60,476 nt of DNA. It comes from Bryobacteraceae bacterium. Its GTDB lineage: Bacteria > Acidobacteriota > Terriglobia > Bryobacterales > Bryobacteraceae. The DNA lies in NCBI GenBank assembly GCA_041685075.1, contig JAWLGN010000001.1, positions 1 through 60,476 on the forward strand, written 5' to 3'. The position numbers were made by a program, and so were the translations under genes. Under the pieces are notes generated by a model, which was not told the origin of the DNA, searched no databases, and saw only the letters and a list, made by a program, of their open reading frames with translations. Of this stretch, positions 55,047-60,476 are shown piece by piece. How positions within the stretch are numbered: the first letter of the stretch is position 1; each line of letters begins with the position of its first letter.

Positions 55047-55565
55047 TCAGATATCCAGGTAGACTTGGGCCACCCACCCTGCGGGCGTTTCTTCAACCTT
55101 CAACTGGTGCCAGGTGACGGCCTTTACGTCCAGTAGGGCGGGGTGGCGCTTCGGGTCGCGGGGTTCTCCCAAGGCGGTGGCGGCAATGGCGTGCGGCGTG
55201 ATCGAGTGTACGCGGAAGTGGTTCACCGCCACGCCCCGACCGTCGTACAGGTAGAGCACCTCGCTCAGCCACGCCACCAGCAGGGATTCGTAGTCGGATC
55301 CTTCGGCCGAGAGTTCGTATTCCTGACGGGGCTCCGTCTGATCGAGCACCGCGGCGATGGACAGCATCGCCATCGCCGCGTTGCCGAACAGTTCCGCCGG
55401 CGTGTTGCCGAAGGTGCGAAAGCCGATATCGGCGGGATGTTCCAGCAGTTCGAACTGGAATTCGGCGGAACGCCGGTCTAGCCGACGGCCTTCCAGGTGC
55501 GCTCCTTGCCGCTGTAGATGGCCTCCCGGGCCATAATCGCCGTCAAAGTGCTTTCCACCGCCCAT
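55047..55565 (-). CDS. archease (RtcB activator); start codon uncertain
   Basis: The conserved core starts at about 55457 (FELLEHPADIGFRTFG ... VKAVTWHQLKVE...VYLDI). No ATG/GTG/TTG lies near it. The nearest in-frame ATG (55565) would overlap the upstream gene by 88 nt. CTG codons occur at 55448 and 55445. Confidence 0.7.
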   Translation of the reverse strand: MGGGKHFDGDYGPGGHLQRQGAHLEGRRLDRRSAEFQFELLEHPADIGFRTFGNTPAELFGNAAMAMLSIAAVLDQTEPRQEYELSAEGSDYESLLVAWLSEVLYLYDGRGVAVNHFRVHSITPHAIAATALGEPRDPKRHPALLDVKAVTWHQLKVEETPAGWVAQVYLDI

Positions 55566-56590
55566 GGAGCGCTGTTTTCGACCTGGCCCGTGCGCGCGCC
55601 CGCGATGAACTCGTTCACCGCGTCTTCGGTGATGTCGTATCTGGTCGCCACGCGAACCGGCTGTTTCCCATTGTAGAGTGTGTAGCCCTGGCGGGAAGTG
55701 GTGATGGACCCCTTCTCGCACAGGAACGTCTCGGAGACGTCCCGGAAGCCACCGGCGGAGAACTGGTTGGCGCTGTAAGAGAACACCAGGCCGTCGGGGA
55801 AGGTGAACGTGACCGCCAAATTGTCCAAAATGTTGCCGATGTCCTTGCGCACGGCGCGCCCGCCGTAGCCGGAGACCTTCACCGGGTGGGAGCCTGTGAA
55901 CCAGTTCACCACGTCCAGGTTATGGCAGTCCTGCTCGACGATGATGTCGCCGCCCAGTTCGCGGTAGAAGAGCCAGTTGCGCATCTTCTCTTCGCTGGAG
56001 GGGTGGCCCTTGCGGACCGGCAGGCCGCCGCCCAGCCAAGCGGCGCGCACCATCTTGATGGCGCCCAGCTCGCCGGACTTGACGATCTCGTAGGCCTTCC
56101 GGTAATCCTTGCCGTAGCGCTGCTGGTAATCCATGCTGATGCGCTTGGTGGGGTCGGCCTTCTTCGACGCGGCCAGCACCCGCTTGCATCCGGCCGGATC
56201 CACCGCGGCGGGTTTTTCCATGAAGATGTGCTTGCGGGCTTTGACGGCCGCTTCGAAGTGCTCCGGGTGGAGATAGGGCGGGGTGGCGATGTAGACGGCA
56301 TCCACGTCGCTGGCCAGGAGTTCCTGGTAGTTCTTGAAGCGGCGTGCACCGGAGAATTTCTCAGCGGCGGCGTCGAGCTGGTCGTCGTAGATATCGCAGA
56401 TGGCGGCGATCCTGGCGTGCTCGTTGCGAGCGAAGATGCCGCTGATGGCGACGCCGCGCCGGCCGCTGCCGATCAACCCGACCGACAGCGCGGAGTTGGC
56501 CTGGGATCCGCGCACCGCCTCCGGTTTCACGATGGCGATGCCAAGGGTTGCGGCCGCAACAAAGTCGCGGCGTGTGCTGTTGGCGCTCAT
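55478..56590 (-). CDS. Tat-exported Gfo/Idh/MocA-family oxidoreductase
   Basis: Tat motif TRRDFVAAATLG, Rossmann VGLIGSGRRG, family EKP motif (FMEKPAA). Confidence 0.88.
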   Translation of the reverse strand: MSANSTRRDFVAAATLGIAIVKPEAVRGSQANSALSVGLIGSGRRGVAISGIFARNEHARIAAICDIYDDQLDAAAEKFSGARRFKNYQELLASDVDAVYIATPPYLHPEHFEAAVKARKHIFMEKPAAVDPAGCKRVLAASKKADPTKRISMDYQQRYGKDYRKAYEIVKSGELGAIKMVRAAWLGGGLPVRKGHPSSEEKMRNWLFYRELGGDIIVEQDCHNLDVVNWFTGSHPVKVSGYGGRAVRKDIGNILDNLAVTFTFPDGLVFSYSANQFSAGGFRDVSETFLCEKGSITTSRQGYTLYNGKQPVRVATRYDITEDAVNEFIAGARTGQVENSAPWAVESTLTAIMAREAIYSGKERTWKAVG

Positions 56591-56744
56591 AGCTCTCCTC
56601 TGTGGAATTTCCCCTCCAGTTTACCGCGCGCCACTCGGGCCCGCAGCCGGCCTTCAGGAAGGCCTGCCGGGTGGGCGGTTTTGGGGTTGCCGCCAACCAG
56701 AGGGCCGCCCTCGAGCGGCACCGTGTACTACACTGGGAATTCCT

Positions 56745-57581
56745 ATGGGTTACTCATTCCGCCATGCCATGTGCAACGAGGCTTTCGATAAGCGGCCCTT
56801 CGCCGAGGCCTGCAAGGCCATTCGTCGGGCCGGCTACACGGGCATCGAAATCGCTCCCTTCACCCTGGCGGAGGACCCCGCCACCATCTCTCCCGCCCAG
56901 CGGCGCGAGTACCGCTCCATCATGGAAGGCGAGGGCCTGACCTTCGCCGGCCTGCACTGGCTGATGGTGACTCCCAAAGGACTGCACGTCACCACGCCGG
57001 ACAAGGCCCTGCGCGAACGGAGCTGGAAGCATATCCGCAACTTGATCGACCTCTGCGCCGATCTGGGGCCGGACGGCGTGATGATCTTCGGCTCTCCCAA
57101 GCAGCGCGAGACCACCGGCGGGCTCAGCCGCGAAGAGGCCACCCGCAACTTCACCGAGGGTCTGGCCGGGGTGGCGCCGCATGCCGGCGAACGCGGCGTG
57201 ACGGTCCTGATCGAAGCGCTGCCGGCCGGCCAATGCGACGTGGTCCTCACGCTCGACGAGGCCGCCTCGCTCGTCCGCCAGATCAACCATCCCGCCATCC
57301 AGACCATGTTCGACACGCACAACGCGGTGGACGAAACCGAGCCGCACGAGTGCCTCGTGGACCGGCACTTCGACCTCATCCGCCACGTGCACGTCAACGA
57401 GATGGACGGCCGCCACTGCGGAACCGGCAACTACGATTTCAAGCCGGTGCTTCGCGTGCTGCGGCGCCGCAACTACACGGGATGGATCTCGCTCGAGGCA
57501 TTCGACTTCACCCCCGGCGCGGAGATCATCGCCAACGAATCGCTGCGCTACCTGGAATCGGAAATCGCTCAACTCGACTGA
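56745..57581 (+). CDS. sugar phosphate isomerase/epimerase (xylose-isomerase-like TIM barrel), cytoplasmic
   Basis: ATG 56745 within the longer track ORF. Family segments GYTGIEIAPF, LIEALP, HVHVNE, SLEAF. Confidence 0.85.
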   Translation: MGYSFRHAMCNEAFDKRPFAEACKAIRRAGYTGIEIAPFTLAEDPATISPAQRREYRSIMEGEGLTFAGLHWLMVTPKGLHVTTPDKALRERSWKHIRNLIDLCADLGPDGVMIFGSPKQRETTGGLSREEATRNFTEGLAGVAPHAGERGVTVLIEALPAGQCDVVLTLDEAASLVRQINHPAIQTMFDTHNAVDETEPHECLVDRHFDLIRHVHVNEMDGRHCGTGNYDFKPVLRVLRRRNYTGWISLEAFDFTPGAEIIANESLRYLESEIAQLD

Positions 57582-57587
57582 CAACCT

Positions 57588-58531
<944 letters not shown>

Positions 58532-58535
<4 letters not shown>

Positions 58536-60052
58536 AGACTGCCGTAGACCATTTCATCGCCGCGCTCCAGGCCCACGGCGTCTCCTGGATGGCCACTCTT
58601 TGCGGCCACGGCCTGGACCCCCTGTTCCACGCCGCCAGGAAGGCCGGCATGCGCCTGGTGGATGCGCGCAACGAGCAGACCGCCGGCTACATGGCGGAGG
58701 CCTACGGAAAGCTCACCCGTACCCCCGGCGTGTGCGCGGTTTCGAGCGGCGTGGCCCACGTCAACGCGCTGAGCGGCGTGGCCAACGCCTGGTTCGACGG
58801 CGCCCCCATGCTGCTCATCAGCGGCGCGGGGGACCTGGCGACCGCCGGGATGGGCCACTTCCAGGACATGGACCAGCCGGCCGTGGCGCGCCCCCTCACC
58901 AGGTTTTCCCGCACCATCGACGTGCCGGAGCGGGCGGTCGAAATTCTGGAGGATGCCCTGATGGCCGCCGCCGCGCCGTCGCCCGGCCCCGTGCATCTGA
59001 CCTTCCCCATGGACGTGCAGCGCTCCCCGGTGAAGCAACCCGTGCGCCGTCCCCCGGTGGGGTGGTCCGCCTGGCCTCTCCGGACCGACGACGAGGTGCA
59101 CCTGGCGCGTTATGAACGCCCCCTCATCGTGGCCGGCAGCGGCGTCTGGTACTCCGGCGAAGGCGCCGAACTGGTGCGCTTTTCCGAGCAGTTCGCCATC
59201 CCCATCGTGGTGCCCATCTGGGACCGCGGCGTGGTGAACCGGCCCGTCGCCACGTTTATGGGGGTGGTGGGGGCAGCCAGCGGCGGCCCGGGCCTGTTAG
59301 GCCACGCCGATTGCATCCTGATGGCCGGCGCCGTACCGGACTACCGCGTGGGCTTCCTGCAACCCGGCCGCATCCGCGAGGACGCCCGCGTGGTCTGGGG
59401 CTGGAAAGCCGCCTGGGGCGGGGAGCCGCACACCCTGTGGCTGAAGCAGGCCGCCAAATTGCGCGACGAGTTCCGCGCCGGCATCGAAGGCCTCGCCGCC
59501 CGGCAGGCGCAGGCCGGAACCCACGCCCTGCACATCGTCAACGCCCTGCGGGATGTGATGGACGAGAATACCGTGCTGCTCATCGACGGCGGCAGCATCG
59601 GGCAGTGGACACACCAGTTGCTCACCGACCGCTATCCCGACCACTGGCTCACCTGCGGGCGCAGCGGCGTGGTGGGGTGGGGTATCGGCGGCGCCATGGG
59701 CGCGCGCATGGCTTACCCGGACCGCCCCGTCATTCTCCTCTCCGGCGATGGATCGTTCACCTTCACGGTGGCGGAACTGGAGTGCGCCGTGCGCCAGAAG
59801 CTGCACTTCGTCGCCATCGTGGCCGATGATCAGGGATGGGGCATCACCCGAACGGGCCACCTGCGGCAGTTCGGCGAGGCCATCTCGAGCGGCCTGGGGT
59901 CGATCGATTTCTGCCGCCTGGCGGAGGCGTTGGGCGCGCGCAGCGTGCGGGCGGCCGCGCCCGGCGAGATCACGCCCGCCCTCGAGCACGCCCTGGCCGA
60001 GCCGGCCGTGACCGTCATCCACGTCCCCATCGTCGGCGGTTATCCCGCCTGA
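58532..60052 (+). CDS. thiamine-pyrophosphate-dependent enzyme (acetolactate-synthase-like)
   Basis: N-terminal TPP-pyrimidine domain (RNEQTAGYMAEAYGKLT), C-terminal TPP motif GDGSFTF...N. ATGA overlap with the epimerase gene. Confidence 0.85.
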
Positions 60053-60061
60053 CGCGGCGGC

Positions 60062-60476
60062 TCAGGCGAGCTTGGCGTCGAGCGTAATCTCGGCTTTCAA
60101 CAGCTTCGAGATGGGGCAGCCTGCCTTGGCGTTTTCGGCGGCGGTCTTGAATTTCTCCGGGTCCGCGCCGGGGATGCGCGCCGTCAGATCCAGATGGCTC
60201 TTGGTGACGGCCCAGCCGCCGTCGCTCTTTTCCATGGTCACGGTGGCGGTCACATCCAGGCGCTCCGGCGTGATGCCAGCGCCTTCCAGTTGGGCCGACA
60301 GCGCCATCGCGAAGCACCCGGCGTGCGCCGCGGCCACCAGTTCCTCGGGGTTGGTGCCGGGCGCGTCCTCGAAGCGCATCCTGAAGGAATACGGTGTCTC
60401 TTTCAGTGTTCCGCTGGCGGTGTTCAGCGTGCCGGTTCCGTTCTTGAGGCCACCCTGCCAGATGGCCGAAGCTTTT
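60062..60476 (-). CDS. osmC: OsmC-family peroxiredoxin (5' end runs off the window)
   Basis: Conserved Cys regions AAHAGCFAMALS and GCPISK. The reading frame stays open upstream of M at 60379 (..ASAIWQGGLKNGTGTLNTASGTLKETPYSFRMRFE), which matches an OsmC N-terminus. Confidence 0.85.
   Translation of the reverse strand, partial: KASAIWQGGLKNGTGTLNTASGTLKETPYSFRMRFEDAPGTNPEELVAAAHAGCFAMALSAQLEGAGITPERLDVTATVTMEKSDGGWAVTKSHLDLTARIPGADPEKFKTAAENAKAGCPISKLLKAEITLDAKLA

Overview
GC-rich (by eye well above 60%) bacterial chromosomal segment with about 60 tightly packed genes. I recognised no rRNA, tRNA, CRISPR array, transposase or integrase. The gene content suggests an Acidobacteriota-like soil bacterium, but this is inference: many Tat-signal Gfo/Idh/MocA and xylose-isomerase-like TIM-barrel proteins, ECF sigma/anti-sigma pairs with DUF4097 proteins, and secreted glycosidase-like orphans. 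Housekeeping genes are pyrR-pyrB-pyrC, hom, metX-metW, rpoD, nrdR, purC-cvpA, archease-rtcB and osmC (partial at the right edge). Many long ORFs in the track are antisense or off-frame artefacts of the high GC content, and I discarded them on amino-acid composition. Four things deserve a second look. (1) A six-gene co-directional cluster at 14990-21303 sits behind a near-consensus sigma-54 -24/-12 element. It encodes a membrane-anchored GcvH-fold protein, an FdnH/HybA-type 4x[4Fe-4S] protein and an NrfD/HybB-type membrane subunit, with no catalytic subunit. These are followed by a histidine kinase whose periplasmic loop carries a CXXCH motif, an NtrC-type sigma-54 activator and a translationally coupled archaemetzincin. 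(2) A 1058-aa protein with no recognisable motif lies directly downstream of rpoD; its N-terminal part is rich in beta strands and amphipathic in pattern. (3) Two paralogous ECF sigma / anti-sigma / DUF4097 envelope modules lie about 9 kb apart. (4) There are several smaller oddities: an archease with no canonical start codon, a Tat-signal DegT aminotransferase, repeats in intergenic regions, and a decayed left edge. All functional calls come from motif recognition by eye, and no database search was run.
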